NCBI RefSeq assembly: GCF_018350175.1 | Contig: NC_058385.1 | Span: forward strand, 82,398,001-82,462,000 | Reading direction: 5' to 3' | DNA: 64,000 nt | From: Felis catus | Taxonomy: Eukaryota | Shown: positions 30,421-43,903 of the stretch, piece after piece | Position numbering within the stretch: the stretch's first letter is position 1 | How the letters are laid out: each line of letters begins with the position of its first letter | Position numbers and translations under genes: made by a program | Notes under the pieces: model-generated | The model's database searches: none | The model's input: only the letters and a program-made list of their open reading frames with translations | Told to the model about the DNA's origin: nothing

Positions 30421-32474
30421 CCCTCCTCCCCCTCTGAGCTCTGAACCAATGAGGCATTTGAGCCCACTGCCGCCTTCCCACTGGCAGAGGATGGGCCAGA
30501 GCAACAGTCAGACTGTGGCGCCCTCTGCCGGGAAGCCCTGGCGGCTCGGAGGGGAGGGGCCGGCCGGGCCGAGCGAGCCGCCTGCTCTTCCCCAGCCCTC
30601 GGATCCTGCTGACTCCCTCCATCTCTGGGGGGCAGACAGCCCCAGGCAGGTGGGCAGAATACCTCGGGGAACGAGCTTCCTCGGGACACCAGGGGCGCAG
30701 CTTGGCACCCCGGGGGCACGGGGACGGATGTGCCTTTCGTGTCCGATCCGAATAGGGATTCAGTCACTACCTACGGTGGTGAAACCCTTCAGAGAACGAG
30801 GTGACATCTGTGTGGATGGACCGGAGCGTCGCAGGATATGTGGTAAATGGGACGGTTGCAGATGGTGAATGTGGTGTGATTCCATTCTCATTTTTGAAAA
30901 TCGTGTGTGCCTGAGTAAGTGGATGTGTTTTTGCACAAGTGCACGGCCTTTGTGCAAGCAAAGTGTGAGCGAATGCGTGTAACCAGAACAGCTAACGGGG
31001 GAATCTGTTGAATTGGTGGGGGTGTTTACTGTGTCTATGTCGTCTACACTTTATTATTTGGAATACTCTTACAGTGTGTATCTTATGTTTGCAGTGGTTA
31101 AGAATTAAAAGGATGCAAAAGTAGAACAGGATGAAAAACTGAGCCGTATGGTCCTGATTTCATAAAAATACCAGTGCAGAAAAAATACCAGAGAGAAAAT
31201 GCTAACTGGTAATCTTAGGTTTAAAGGTCATTTTATTTTTCTGTTTTCAGTCTTTGCATTGTCTCCGTTTTCTCAGTTGGCATAATTTATCTCATACCTT
31301 TAAAAACTAACTAGTTGAAAGTAATTTTTATAAGCAGGAGCAAGATATTTTTAAATCATGTTAGTGAGTTGGCTCAGGAGAACACGGTCAGTGAGCGCCA
31401 GCAGGCCGGCCTCGCGTGGCCCCGGTGCGCGCCGTGCCGAGCGGCGCTGCTCCGGGGAACCGTGTTGGCAGACCTCACGCAGACATGGTGCCTGACACAG
31501 ACTTGTGCTCAGCTCCTTGTCCTCAGCGCCGGTTACTGGTATGTGGGCTCAGTTTCTTTTTCATCATTGGGAGCACCGCGTCTGAGTTCGGGTTGTTTAT
31601 TAGCGTTACTTAGGCATTATTCAAGGTGCCATAACAGAGATTCAAAAAACTTGACTTCTCGTTCCGTTTCACCTACTTAGGCGGCTCTGGCCCTCAAGGC
31701 CTCTGGGAGCCTGGCTGCTTTGCCACATCCACGTGTCACCGTGGGTGGAGGTAGGGACCCCGCACACATCCGTTCCCTTCCCGTGTCATTGGCTGGAACC
31801 TGACCTCGGGACTCTACCGAGTGTAGTCGTTGGCTGGGCGGCCACGTGCCCGCTCAGATGTTAGGTGGGAAGCAGGGATGCTGGGCAGTCTTCGGTCGGC
31901 CATAGCTTACCCTCTCCCCCACTGCTCTTTGTCCCACACACCTGTCACTTCCTCTGGCCCAGATGGGCGGGCGTGGCTTTCTTCCCCAGGCGCCAGTGCG
32001 GTCGTTTGTACTCAAAACTCACGCGAGTCCTGGCCTCCCTGAATGCTACGCCTGCACGGGTTCCCAATGGAATCTGCAAACGTGTCCTGAACAGGCGGCC
32101 ACCGAAGCGGTTCTAGGACCCGTGAGCCAGCAGTCCCACTCCTGGGTGTATACCCGGCAGAAGCGACCGGCATCTACGGGAGTGTTCACCGCAGCTTTAA
32201 TCGTCGTCCAGACCACAGACACCTGAGGCGTTCGTGAGAAGTGGAGAAGTGAATGGTGACCTGTTCGTGCAGCGGTATGCTGCGTGTCACTGGAGAGCGT
32301 GAGCTGTCGTTGCCTGCCGTGGTGATGACTCTCGCGGGCGTGGTACTGAGCCAAAGCAGATACGTTTCTGGGGGAGCGATGGAAATGTTCTGGAAGTAGA
32401 CAGTGGTGGTGGTTTTGCCATCTGAGGAATATTCTAAAAAACACTTGCTTGTGCACTTCAGGATGGTGAGTTTA

Positions 32475-32665
32475 GGGGTGCATAGGTGGCCCAGTCAGTT
32501 AAGTGTCCAACTCTGGATTTCCCCTCAGTCGTGATTTCATGGTTTGTGGGATCGAACCCTGCATCAGGCCCTGCGCTGACAGCAAAGAGCCCGCTTGGGC
32601 TTCTCTCGCCTCCCTAACTTGTGCGCGTGCGCACTCTTGTGCTGTTTCTCAAAATAACACATGTT
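32475..32665 (+). mobile_element. CanSINE within an L1 3'-end fragment
   Basis: Diverged SINE head and body; flanks resemble an old L1 3' UTR. Confidence 0.7.
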
Positions 32666-33464
32666 TAAGATTGTGAGCTTTAACTCAAAAAAATGGGTGT
32701 GTGTCGAATAAAAAGCAGACACAAACACGTATGATTCCATTTAAATGAAATGTCATGTTTGTATTTTTTCATTTTTAAGTAAACTCTGTGCCCAGCATCA
32801 GGCTTGAACTCACGTGCCCAAGGTCAAGAGTTGCAGGCTCTGCTGACTGAGCCATTAAATGGGCAGAGTTCTCCTTTACTTACAGAAGTGGTTGCCCTTG
32901 GAGGGGGAGCCTTTGGGAAGACAGAAATGTTCTGTGTTGGCCTGGTGCTGTTAAACAGGTGTCACAGGGAGTTCGTCGAGATGTGTGCGCTTTGTACAAG
33001 TTGCGGTTCGCATCAAAGAGAAAATCGTGTTGAAAGGACGCCCTTCCTGGGCCAGAGAGCACGTGTTGCCTGGCCGCTCACTCTCCTTCTGCTCCTGTTC
33101 CACCCTGCCCCCAGCTTCGCCCTCAGAGGCGGGTCCTTGTCCTTGATGGCCACGTCGAAAATGGGTCTGGAGGGCATCCCTTCACAGGTTTGCGCAGCAA
33201 GGTCTGCTTCCCACTGGTGCAGATTTGGGACAAGAAGTGATTGTTTGGGGCCACCTTGGATGGAGCTCCCTGGAAGTGGACTTACTGTGTAGAGTTCTCA
33301 GGTGATACATCTGTGAGAAGGGCTGGATCAGGCACTGGGGTTGAAACTGAGGCTGCGGCCATTCCCAATGGAGCTGTGGGGTTGGGACCACACTTCAGGT
33401 GCCCCAGATGGAGACAAGGACACACACTCTGGGTTCCTGTGATTGGCCAAGCATTGGCTGTGGT

Positions 33465-33978
33465 GTGGTAGGCATCTGAGACTGCCGTCCAAGATCCCTG
33501 GCCCCTAAGGTACATAATGCCTTGGAGGGATTTTGCGGTTGTATTTAAGGTCCTGAGTCAGCTGTTGTAAGGTGGGGAGGCTCTCAAGATGGACTGACCT
33601 AGTCATGCATGCCCTTGGAAAGTAGTTTTCTACAGCTGGTGGCAGAAAAGAAGTCAGGGGTTCTATGCACTGTTCCTGCCTGAAAGATTCAGGTGTCCCT
33701 GGGGGCTGACAGCAGCTTCCAGCTGACAGTTGGCAAGGACTCAGGGAAAGTCCTGTGGTTGTAAGGAACTGATTTCTACTGGCATCTGAATGAGTTTGGA
33801 AACAGGTTTCCCAGCACTTCGAGATGTGACCTCAGCCTGGCTGATGCCTTGTGTGGCCCTGAACCGGGGTCTCAGTCACTCTGGGCTGCGCTCTGACCTT
33901 CAGAGGTGTGAGATGTCAGATGTGCCGTCTTGTGCTGTGTTTGTGGTGCATTGTCACAGGTGATGGACAACTAAGAGT
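33465..33978 (+). mobile_element. MaLR LTR (MLT1-type)
   Basis: GGGATTTTGCGGTTGTATTTAAGGT..AAGGAACTGATTTCTACTGGCATCTGAATGAGTTTGGAAACAG..CTCTGACCTTCAGAGGTGTGAGAT is typical of MLT1D/E-like LTRs. Confidence 0.65.
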
Positions 33979-35411
33979 GGGCCTTCAAAGGGAGGGTCGT
34001 GACCTTGTGGGGAGGCAGAGTCCTGCCTACAGTTGGTTCCCAGTGTGAGAATTTCAAAGCTGGGGATGGGAGTGGGCATGGCACCCTGGCACCCCTGACT
34101 GCACAGGCTTTCCCACAGCAACAGACCAGCGGGACGCAGAGCTCCGTGTAGGCCATCAGCACCCTGTGCCCCTACATCCCCTTCCAGTTCTTACCTTCTC
34201 CCTAAAGGTCATCAGGGTCTTAGTTCTCCCACACGGATCACTTTTGTCTGTTGTTTTTCTTTAACTTGATGTAGACAGAACCCTACAGTATGAACTCTCT
34301 TGTGACGAGCTCCTTCTGCTGAACATTGCGTCTTGAGATTCATCTTTGCTTTTGTATTTAGCAGGTTTCTTTCATTGCTGCGTATTATTCCCTTGTGGGA
34401 GTACTCCTCAGTCTATCCATCTCTCTGTTATTTTGGAGGTTATGAATGGTGCTGCTGTGAACATTCCAGCTCTAGACTTGTGCAGGGGAGGCTTGGTGTC
34501 ATTGAGTGGATGAGAGGGGTGGGTTTTAGTGCCCAGGTAGTGCCCAGGATCAAGGGCAGTGTGACCATATAAGAAGGGAGGGCCTGATGTGGGTATAGAC
34601 AGGTAGGCTGGTAGATACAGTAGGAGAAAGTTGACATTCTCATCTCATTGCTTCTGTCTTACTGAAATAAGGGCATCAGCTGAGCGGGAGGAGGGGGAGT
34701 ATTGAACATTTGAGAAGAGAGGACAAAAGGGGTGGTCTTGTAGGAGAATGAGGAAAGTAGAGATTGCTGGTGGCTCTCAGGGCCCTGGTAGGCAAGGGGT
34801 TGTAAATGTAAAGAGAGCTCAGTTGGTGTAGATGCAGACGCAGAACAGGAAGCAAGTGGAATTTAACCCACGTCGGGATTTTCCCACGAAAGTGTGGTAG
34901 AGGAGGGGCAGGGAGAGTTAGGACTAATATGCAAGAAGACGGTTATAAAATATGACCAAAGATAAACACAGCACCATAGACCATGTGATCTAAGCTGGGT
35001 ACAGAGGAAAGGGAGGACAGTGAAGGGGTGGCAAGGTCGATACATTTGTTTCTTTGGAAATGTGTCTTAATTTTTTAATGGATCCAAGCCACATCCCTCC
35101 CCATTAGTCTGTCCCCAGAGTTGGGTGTTGGAGGTGGAACCCCAGAGAAGCCTTCTCAAGTGGGTGAGGCAGGTGGCTGAGATGCATGCTGGGATGTCCG
35201 CATGTTGGGTGGGGAGTGTGAGCAGGGGAAACATTCCTCCCTCCCACTCTTTGGATGTGTGTTATCATCCACTGCTCCAGCAGATTCCTGTCTGTTGATA
35301 AAGGGAAAAGATGATCTTTTCTCCTTTATTTCAGATTCTGACCTAGGAACTTGTGACAAAGAAGGTGACTCTGGAGCCCGAATTTCTGAGGATGGAAATC
35401 TGCCTAAGACA

Positions 35412-36923
35412 ATGTCAGAAACACTCACAGTGATGGAGCCCCCTGCCACTGAGTCTCAGGCACTCCCCGAACCCGGATTAGGGGAGCTGTTAGGAAACCC
35501 AGAAGGGCAGAACCTGCGGAGCTGTCCCCCTCAGGAGGGAGGTTTCAGGCAGGTGACAGTTACCCACTGGAAGATCCAAGCAGGAGAGACAGCTCGGGTG
35601 GGCAGTAAATCAGGAGAAAGCCCAGTTCTGAGCTCAAACCTCCTCCTCCTCCAGAGAGAGCTTGTGGAACGGGAAGCCCACCAGTGTGAGACTTGCGGCC
35701 AGACCTTCCCATTTAACTCAGACCTTGTAGGACATCAGATTGCTCATTCTGGGGAGAAATCTTGCAGGTGTGAGGAGTGTGGGAAAAGCTTCAGCCAGAG
35801 CTCCCACCTTGCTGAGCATCAGAGAGCTCACACTGGAGAAAGACTCTATGTGTGCAACATGTGTGGGAAGGACTTCATTCACTACGCAGAACTCGCTGAG
35901 CACCAGAGGGCACATGTGGGAGGAAAGCCGTTCCGATGCGTGCAGTGCGGGAGAGCCTTCCATCACAGCTCAGACCTGGTTCGGCACCAGCGAGTTCACA
36001 CCCGGGAGAGGCCTTTCGAATGTAAGGAGTGTGGGAAAGGCTTCAGTCAGAGCTCCTTGCTTATTCGCCATCAGAGAATTCACACAGGAGAAAGACCCTA
36101 TGAATGTAACGAATGTGGAAAGTCCTTCATTAGGAGCTCAAGCCTTATTCGACATTATCAGATCCACACAGAGGTGAAACAGTATGAATGTAAGGAGTGT
36201 GGGAAGGCTTTCCGTCATCGTTCGGACCTCATTGAACATCAGAGAATTCACACTGGAGAGAGGCCCTTTGAATGTAACGAGTGTGGGAAAGCCTTCATTC
36301 GAAGCTCAAAGCTTATTCAGCATCAGCGAATCCATACTGGGGAAAGGCCTTATGTATGCAACGAGTGTGGGAAGCGTTTCAGCCAGACGTCAAACTTTAC
36401 TCAGCATCAGAGAATTCACACTGGAGAGAAACTCTATGAATGTAACGAATGTGGGAAAGCTTTCTTTCTGAGTTCGTACCTTATTCGACACCAGAAAATC
36501 CACACTGGAGAGAGAGTGTATGAATGTAAGGAATGTGGGAAAGCCTTTCTCCAGAAAGCCCATCTCACTGAACATCAGAAAATCCATACTGGGGATAGGC
36601 CCTTTGAATGTAAGGACTGTGGGAAAGCTTTCATTCAGAGCTCCAAACTGCTTCTACATCAGATTATTCATACTGGAGAGAAGCCCTATGTATGTAGTTA
36701 TTGTGGGAAAGGCTTTATTCAGAGGTCAAACTTCCTTCAACACCAGAAAATTCATACTGAAGAGAAACTCTATGAATGTAGTCAGTATGGGAAAGATTTC
36801 AGCTCGACCCCAAACTTTAAAAATAATCAAAGTGTTCACCAGGAGGGACTTCCCTTGAATAAGACCACCATACATTTGGGTGAGAAGTCTGCAGGTCACG
36901 GGGAATGTACAGCTGACTTATAA
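35412..36923 (+). CDS. ZNF623: C2H2 zinc finger protein 623 (13 intact fingers plus one degenerate; no KRAB); ~503 aa, or 496 aa from ATG 35433
   Basis: Single coding exon after the acceptor TTTCAG at 35334; tandem CxxC..HxxxH with TGE(K/R)P linkers. N-terminal [21 protein letters not shown] and the finger sequences match ZNF623 as I recall it; synteny next to GFUS. Confidence 0.93.
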   Translation: MSETLTVMEPPATESQALPEPGLGELLGNPEGQNLRSCPPQEGGFRQVTVTHWKIQAGETARVGSKSGESPVLSSNLLLLQRELVEREAHQCETCGQTFPFNSDLVGHQIAHSGEKSCRCEECGKSFSQSSHLAEHQRAHTGERLYVCNMCGKDFIHYAELAEHQRAHVGGKPFRCVQCGRAFHHSSDLVRHQRVHTRERPFECKECGKGFSQSSLLIRHQRIHTGERPYECNECGKSFIRSSSLIRHYQIHTEVKQYECKECGKAFRHRSDLIEHQRIHTGERPFECNECGKAFIRSSKLIQHQRIHTGERPYVCNECGKRFSQTSNFTQHQRIHTGEKLYECNECGKAFFLSSYLIRHQKIHTGERVYECKECGKAFLQKAHLTEHQKIHTGDRPFECKDCGKAFIQSSKLLLHQIIHTGEKPYVCSYCGKGFIQRSNFLQHQKIHTEEKLYECSQYGKDFSSTPNFKNNQSVHQEGLPLNKTTIHLGEKSAGHGECTADL

Positions 36924-37755
36924 AATAGCCATTCTCCAACTCAAGTGGGTGATGTTTAGAAGGGAGCGGCACGAGTTCACATGATTCCGTTCATGGGACT
37001 TGGGATGTGTCAGCATTTTCCAGAGTCTTAGGCAGGGCTGCTTTCAGAGTGGGCTGTCCCCTACTGCCGTGCAGCGGTGCTGGGCTGCTGTCCTCAGCTA
37101 GGAATGTGTGACCTCAGGAGAGCCACGAGACTGCACAAGTGACTCTGGGCTGGAACAGTGCTGGGGGAGGAGCTAGGTCTCAGAGAAGGTTCTGTATTTT
37201 CTTGCACAATTACAGGTCACCCCCGAGTTGAAGCCTTTTTAAGGCAGAATTCTGAATCTAATCTCAATACTTAAGAGAATATTACACAGTAAATTTTGAT
37301 CTATTAAAGAGGCAAGTTGAGAAAGATCTTTCTTCTTTACAACCACAAATTGGCTCCCTGTTGTCCTTAGGATACTTCCCAAGCTCCCACTCCTGCTTTC
37401 TAAGACCTTTTTGCTTCCTGAAGTTGCATCCCCTGCGTAACCACCTGCCACGTGAGTGAGTGGTGTGGTGGCAACGCTAACTGGCCGACGCTCCCACTTA
37501 GCCAGGCTGCTCCTCGTCTTTGTCCTTGTTTGAATGCTCCCTGCCCCACACCTGACTGACTCCTCAGGTATCGTGTCAGGCTCAGCCAGCTACTCTCCCT
37601 CTGTGCTTGTGTTGCTGGGAGCACTTCTGTTACTGCTCTTTGTTCTATCGAAGTTACGTTGTTTATCTACTGTCTCTTTCCTCCTTACCCTATTGGTTCC
37701 TTAAGGACGTGACCATAGCTGACTGACTTATGTGTCCCTGTATCTGGTGCAGGAC

Positions 37756-37761
37756 AATAAA
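37756..37761 (+). terminator. Candidate ZNF623 polyadenylation signal AATAAA (ATTAAA also at 37302-37307)
   Basis: Hexamers downstream of the stop; which one is used cannot be told from sequence. Confidence 0.4.
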
Positions 37762-39249
37762 GAGCACACCCCACATCTGTGTGTGATTGGCACCTCTCTT
37801 GCTTTGTCCTTTCTATACTGCTTTGTTTGAAATTTTTGGTTCTTGTTTCGTAACAGCATCGTTTACTGGTCTACAGGAAGTATCTTGTCTCTCAGCCCTG
37901 TTGATACCTTCTGCTTGTACTTAGAAGTTGTAAGCAACAGCTAGTGTAAGACTAGCACACCTCATATTTATTGCCTTTAGAGCTCACCCTTGACTTGTCC
38001 ACTTGGTTTTGGGGAGTGCTGTCTTCGCTTGGTTGCCTGTGTATCTTTCTGATCCACTCTGATCCACTCTGATCCAGCGCACTGCACGAGGTTTTGTCTC
38101 AGTTCCATGATTGACCTCGTCGCTTCTGGTCTCTCCACCTGCTTTCTGGCTCCCTCTGTCATTTATTTGAAAATGTAGTGATTTAGAAGGACCAGTGCCG
38201 AACCCTAGGAAAACAGATGAAGCTGTTCAGTCTGCTGGGGAAGACAGATCACACACAGCGTTAAGTGCTGAAGTAGAAGTCCCGGTTGTGTAGGACACAG
38301 GTAAGGAGGGGACTAGTTGGGCGCGGAGGGTCTGGGACAGCTTCACGGAAGAGGTGACGCCGGGACTGAAAGAACCGTGGCAGCTCGAGAAAGAGAGTGA
38401 CCTGGAGAGGACCCTGCAGGACAGGGAGGTGGCAGACTCCTCTTTTGGCAGCTTTCATGGCACGGTGGTTAACTGCGCAGAACTTGGCGGTCGTTTGCCT
38501 CTGAATTTCTTTTCTCTGACATGAACCAAAACGACCGGTTTTGAAATGACATAAACCAATTTTGTTTTGCCTGTGAGGGCAGCTTTTGAGTTCTTAAATT
38601 CCAGCAACCCTAGAAGCCTCCAGGGGTAAGTGATCAAGAGGGGCATACAGCGCTGCATCTTCTGGAAAACTCGTCATCAGTAGAGATGTTTCACGTGGTG
38701 CAGAAGAGAGAGTACCGGACCCCTCGAGTAACCTTTGGTGAGGTCCAGTTTGCATACAGTAGAACGCCCGTTTAAAGTGTACAGAGTTTTGAGAAACCGT
38801 ATACCTGTGTAACCACCGTTAGAATAAAGAAAAATAACATTTTTATCACACGGCATTGTTCCCTCTGGCCCTTTCCCAGTTAATCCTACCCTAGTCCCAA
38901 GTAACCGCTTTCCGTCAGCGTGGATTAGTTTTGCTTGTTGTAGGGCTTCACATTAAAAGGACCCGAACAGTATATAACACCGCGTGTCTTCACTTCTTTT
39001 GCTTTAGCATGTTTTAAGGACTCAACCGAGTAGTTATGTGTTTCGGTATCTCTCTGCTGAGTAGTGTTCCGTTGTATGGACAAACCATTTGTTCTCATCC
39101 ACACGTTGATAGAAATTTGGGTTTCCAGATTTCTTACGAATAAAACTGCTATGAGCATTTGTGTAAAAGTATTTATTTGGAAATGCCTCTTTATTTCTCT
39201 TCAGTGAATGCCTAGGAATTTACTTTCTGAGTTATAAGTGTATTTTTAA

Positions 39250-39903
39250 CTTTATTTTTATTTTTTTAATGTGTATTTTTGAGAGAGAGAGAGAGAGAGC
39301 GAGAGCGCGAGCGTGAGTGGGGGAGGGGCAGAGAGAGGGAGACACAGCTCCAAGTGGGCTCCAGGCCCTGAGCTGTCAGCACAGAGCCCGACGCGGGGCT
39401 CAAACTCATGAACCGTGAGATCATGACCTGAGCCGAAGTCGGACGCTTAACCGACTGAGCCACCCAGAAGCTCCAATGTGTTTTTAACTTTATGAGAAAT
39501 GGCCAAAAAGTTCTCAATAGTGGTTGTACCATTTCCTACTCCTGCCACACTCCTCTGAAAAGTAATCCACCTTGTTGTGCGTGATGGTGTATTTGCGTTT
39601 CTAATTTGTATTTGTCCGCCCAGTGATAGCATTGAGCATCTTTTCGTGTACGTGTTGCCATTACCTGTCGTCTTTTGTGATGTGTCTACACACCTTTTGT
39701 CCATTTTTAAAAACTTCTTTTAATGTTTTATTTATTTTTGAGGGGGGGAGGGAGGGGCAGAGAGAGAGGAAGACACAGCGTCCAAAGTGGGCTCCAGGCT
39801 CTGAACTGTCAGCACAGAGCTGGACACGGGACTCAAACTCACCACGCGATCGTGACCTGAACTGAAGTCACGTGCTTAACTGACTGAGCCACCCAGGTGC
39901 CCC
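39250..39903 (-). mobile_element. Two CanSINEs (~39250-39475, ~39715-39903)
   Basis: Typical SINE bodies. Confidence 0.85.
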
Positions 39904-40291
39904 ACCTTTTGCCCATTTTTTAAATTGGGTAGTTTGTCTTATTACTGACTTGTAAGAGTCTTTTCTATATTGTAGACAAGAGTCTTTTTTCCAAATATAT
40001 ATTCATTACAAATACTTTTAATCTTTGGCTTGCCTTTTCATTTTCTTAATGGTATCTTTTTTTCTTTTCCTTCAAATTTGTATTTAAATTCTAGTTAGTT
40101 AACATGTAGTGTAACAGTTGGTTTCAGGAGTAGAATTTAGTGATTCATTACTTACATATAACACCCAGGGCTCAAAACAGGTGCCCTCCTTAATAGCCAT
40201 CACCCATTTAGCCCAAATGGTATCTTTTAAAGATTAGATTTAAAAACCATTTTATTAAGTCTACAGTTTACCAAACTTTTCTAGTTTGTGC

Positions 40292-40603
40292 TTTTTTTTT
40301 TTTTTTTTTTTTGAGGAGGAGGAGGGGCTTGCTTTATTGGGGGGGAGCACCGCACGTGGCCAACACGTGAAGGCAGCCCAGTAGGCACCCTACTCATCAG
40401 CTCAGGGACACAGGAAGTTCTGCTAAGAAAGATCAACTGGAACGTGGGTTCCTCCAGGCGGCTTCCTAGCCTCATCCCTCTGAGGAGTCGGGACGCTCCC
40501 GACCATTTCCTTGAAGGCAAATGTGGTCACTACAGGTAGAGCCCCTCGGGGGCCTTTTTTTTTCCTGATTCTCTTTTTTAAATTTTTTTTAAGGTTTATT
40601 TTT

Positions 40604-40636
<33 letters not shown>

Positions 40637-41686
40637 CATGGGAGGGGCAGAGAGGCAGACACAGAATCTGAAACAGGCTCCAGGCTCTGAGCAGTCAGCA
40701 CAGAGCCCGACGCGGGGCTCGAACTCACGGACCGCAAGATCGTGACCTGAGCCGAAGTCGGACGCTTAACCGACTGAGCCACCCAGGCGCCCCTTGAGTT
40801 CTATCTTTTTGTTCCAATGGCGTCAATTTCATCAATAAACACGATGGATGATGCGTGTTGTTCTGTGACTCAAAACAATTCCCGAACGAGTTTGGGCCCA
40901 TCACCCAGGTACTTCTGAATAAGTTCAGAGCCAACCACTCTGAGGAAAGTGGCTGAGGTTTGGTTTGCTACTGCTTTGGCCGGTGAGGTTTTACCGTGCC
41001 GGGTGGTCCATAGAGAATGACCCCCTTTGGGGGCTTTATACCCATCTCTCCATAATATTCAGGATGAGTGAGAGGAAGCTCCACAGATTCCTTAATTTCC
41101 TGAGTTTGGTTGTCCAACCCCCCCGGTGTCAGCACAGGTTTCCTGGGGGGCCTTTGCTACCTTCATCACTGTGACCAAGGGATCTGTGTCATCGATGACC
41201 TGTACCTTGTGGTTGAGCAGGACTGAGCAGCCTGGTTCCAGGAGGTCCTTGTCTACAAAGGAAAGAATACTGACGCAGTGTCCTGAGCCCACAGATGTGG
41301 ACACGATGGCACGATTGCCCTTGATGATCTCTTGCAGTGTTCCTACCGACATTGGGGTCCCCCTCAGATCGTCCACCTTTGATCTTTTCTCCTCTTGCTT
41401 TTCTTCTAAAGGCTTCGTTTGTTCCTGATCTCTAATAAACTCATTCTCCCTGAGAAGAGAGTCTTTCATTCTCTCTCTAACCTCGGTAGTTTTAAGTGGC
41501 ACTGAGTGTGATGTGTCACCGGTGGCAGCTTGCTGGCAGCATCTGGTCCCTTCTTTTTCCCCACTCTAGTTGGCACAGGAGGTCTGTATTTCTTTTTCTT
41601 GTCCCTGTCATCCTTCTTGCCACCTCCAGGGCCATGACCACCACTCTGACTGACCTGTCTTGCTTTGGCCACTAGAACCGCCACTA
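40292..41686 (-). pseudogene. PSMC1: Processed pseudogene of PSMC1 (26S proteasome ATPase Rpt2), internally deleted and SINE-interrupted
   Basis: Intronless [45 protein letters not shown], Walker A relic GPPGT, Walker B VFIDEIDAIGTKR, terminal PEGLYL* (40550-40530), 3'UTR, AATAAA (40338-40333) and poly-A (40312-40292). Start codon lost; frameshifts and stops present. Confidence 0.95.
40575..40793 (-). mobile_element. Felid CanSINE inside the PSMC1 retrocopy
   Basis: Full SINE with GGGGCGCCTGGGTGGCTCAG head on the minus strand. Confidence 0.9.
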
Positions 41687-43049
41687 TGGAAAATGCATCT
41701 CTTGTTTATGTTTCTTGAGTTCTGTCTAGGTCTTGAAAAAGCTGTTTTCCAATTGTTCTTGTTAGTGTGTGGAAATACATTTGATTTTGCTATGCTGACC
41801 TTGCATCCTGGAACCCAGGTGGATTCACGTACTGGTTCCATTAATGATTTTCTAGATTCTCTGGCATTTCTTATGCAGATAATCAAAGAATTTTCCTTCC
41901 TCCTTTATAATTTTTATAGACCTTATCCCCCCTGCTTTATTTCGCTGACTACAGCGTCTTGTACGATTTGCGCTCGAAGTGATGAGAAGACATCCTTGCT
42001 TTGTCTTGTCTTGATATCAGGATAAGGTTGCTTTCCAAGAGTGGTGGAGCATCCTACCCACATCTGTTTTCTGAAGTCGTTTGCATAGTAATTTATTTTT
42101 TCCTTAAATGTGTGATAGGTTTCACCAGTGAAACCCTGGGGATTTCTTTCTGATAAAATTAGAAATTCAATTTTTTTTTGAGAGAGAGGGTGCATGAGCA
42201 GGGGAGAGGGGCAGAGGGAGAGAGAATTAGTTACATTTTAAATGATTTCCCTCCTTCCTCGTATTGGTGATTGGTATCTTCTACTTTTTGACCAACGTGG
42301 CTAGATATTTACCAATGTTATTGCTGCTTTCAAAGAAACCGCTTTTGTTTTCCTTGATTTTTCTCTATCGTTTGTCCGTTTTCTGTGTCATCGAAATAGA
42401 ATCGTTATTTGTTTCCTTCCGTTTTGAACTAATTTCCCCTTTTCTAGCTTATGGAAGTGGAAGCTTACATCATTCATTTTAGATCGTTCTTCTTTTCTCA
42501 CGTGAACACCGAGAGCAGTTTTCCTCTAAATACCGTACCGGCACTCTGTAAATTTTGATATGTTGCTTTCATCGTCATTCCTAGTTTCCTATTTCTCTTG
42601 GGAGTTTTTCTTTGACTATGACTTACGTAGAAGTCTGTTTAACTTCCAAATACTTGGGGCATTTTCCAGTTATTTTTAGTACTGATTTCTAGTTTAATTC
42701 CATTGTCTAATCAGACAACATGTCCATGTATTAACTCTTTTCGATTTAATACTTGTCTTACAGCCCAGTTGGTGGCTTATCTTGCTGAGTGCCCCACGTG
42801 CCCCTGTGACACACTTACATCCTGCTGGTGTCAGGTGTTAGGATTCTGTGCACGTCAGGTCAGTCTGTCTGATAGGCTTGTTCGTGTGTTCTGTATCTTT
42901 CCTGATTTTCTTTCTACTTTTCTGTCACTGAGAGAGGTATGTTGGACTCCCCAATTATAATTGCGGATTTGTCTTTCTCCTTTGATGTTGACAAATTTTA
43001 TGTATTTTGCACCTCTGGTTTCAGTTACATAAACATTTAGATTTGCCGA

Positions 43050-43866
43050 GTTTTAAAAAATTTTTTAAATCTTTATTTTTGAGAGAGAGAGAGAAAGAGA
43101 GACAGAGTGTGAACGGCGGAGGGGCAAGGAGAGAGGGAGACACAGAATCGGAAGCAGGCTCCAGGCTCTGAGCTGTCAGCACAGAGCCCGATGTAGGGCT
43201 CAAATTCAAGAACCGTGAGATCATGACCTGAGCCGAAGTCGGCCGCCTAACCGACTGAGCCACCCACGCGCTCTGATTTGCTGGTTTTTTGATGACCCTT
43301 TTGTCATTTAAAAGTATCCATCTTTGGGGCGCCTGGGTGGCTCAGTCGGTTAAGCGGCCGACTTCGGCTCAGGTCACGATCTCGCGGTCGGTGAGTTCGA
43401 GCCCCGCGTCAGGCTCTGTGCTGACAGCTCGGAGCCTGGAGCCTGTTTCCGATTCTGTGTCTCCCTCTCTCTCTGACCCTCCCCCATTCATGCTCTGTCT
43501 CTCTCTGTCTCAAAAATAAATAAACGTTAAAAAAATTTTTTTTAAATAAACAAAAATAAAAGTATCCATCTTTGGTGTTTTTTTAAAACCCAAAATTTGA
43601 TGCTAATGCGGCTGTTTTAGGCTTATGATTAGTGCTTCTAGGATATAGTTGTACTTTTTTCTTTTAATCTATGTATGTCAGTGTATTTAAAGTGTATTTC
43701 TTGGGGGGACGCCTGAGTGGCTCAGTTGGTTAAGTGTCCAATGCTTGGTTTGGGCTCAGGTTATGATCTCATGGTTTGTGACTTTGATCCCTGCATTGGG
43801 TTCTGCACTGACAGTACAGAGCCTGCTTGGGTTTCTGTCTCTCTCTCTGCCCCTCCCACATGTGCG

Positions 43867-43903
<37 letters not shown>

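Larger units (their letters stand above)
38730..43700 (-). mobile_element. Old fragmented L1 (antisense) hosting SINEs and the PSMC1 retrocopy
   Basis: T-rich L1 3'UTR/ORF2-like tracts (GAATAAAACTGCTATGAGCATT, GTGGTTGTACCATTT, TTCACCAGTGAAACC, GGCTAGATATTTACCAAT). Confidence 0.75.

Noticed and set aside
35060-35170. Possible decayed KRAB-B exon (TCCAAGCCA.., GTGAG donor) before the ZNF623 coding exon
   Set aside because: Too little similarity to support by eye; needs an HMM search.
35202-35411. ORF-track N-terminal extension of ZNF623
   Set aside because: Runs through a polypyrimidine tract and splice acceptor (35334), so the upstream part is intronic.
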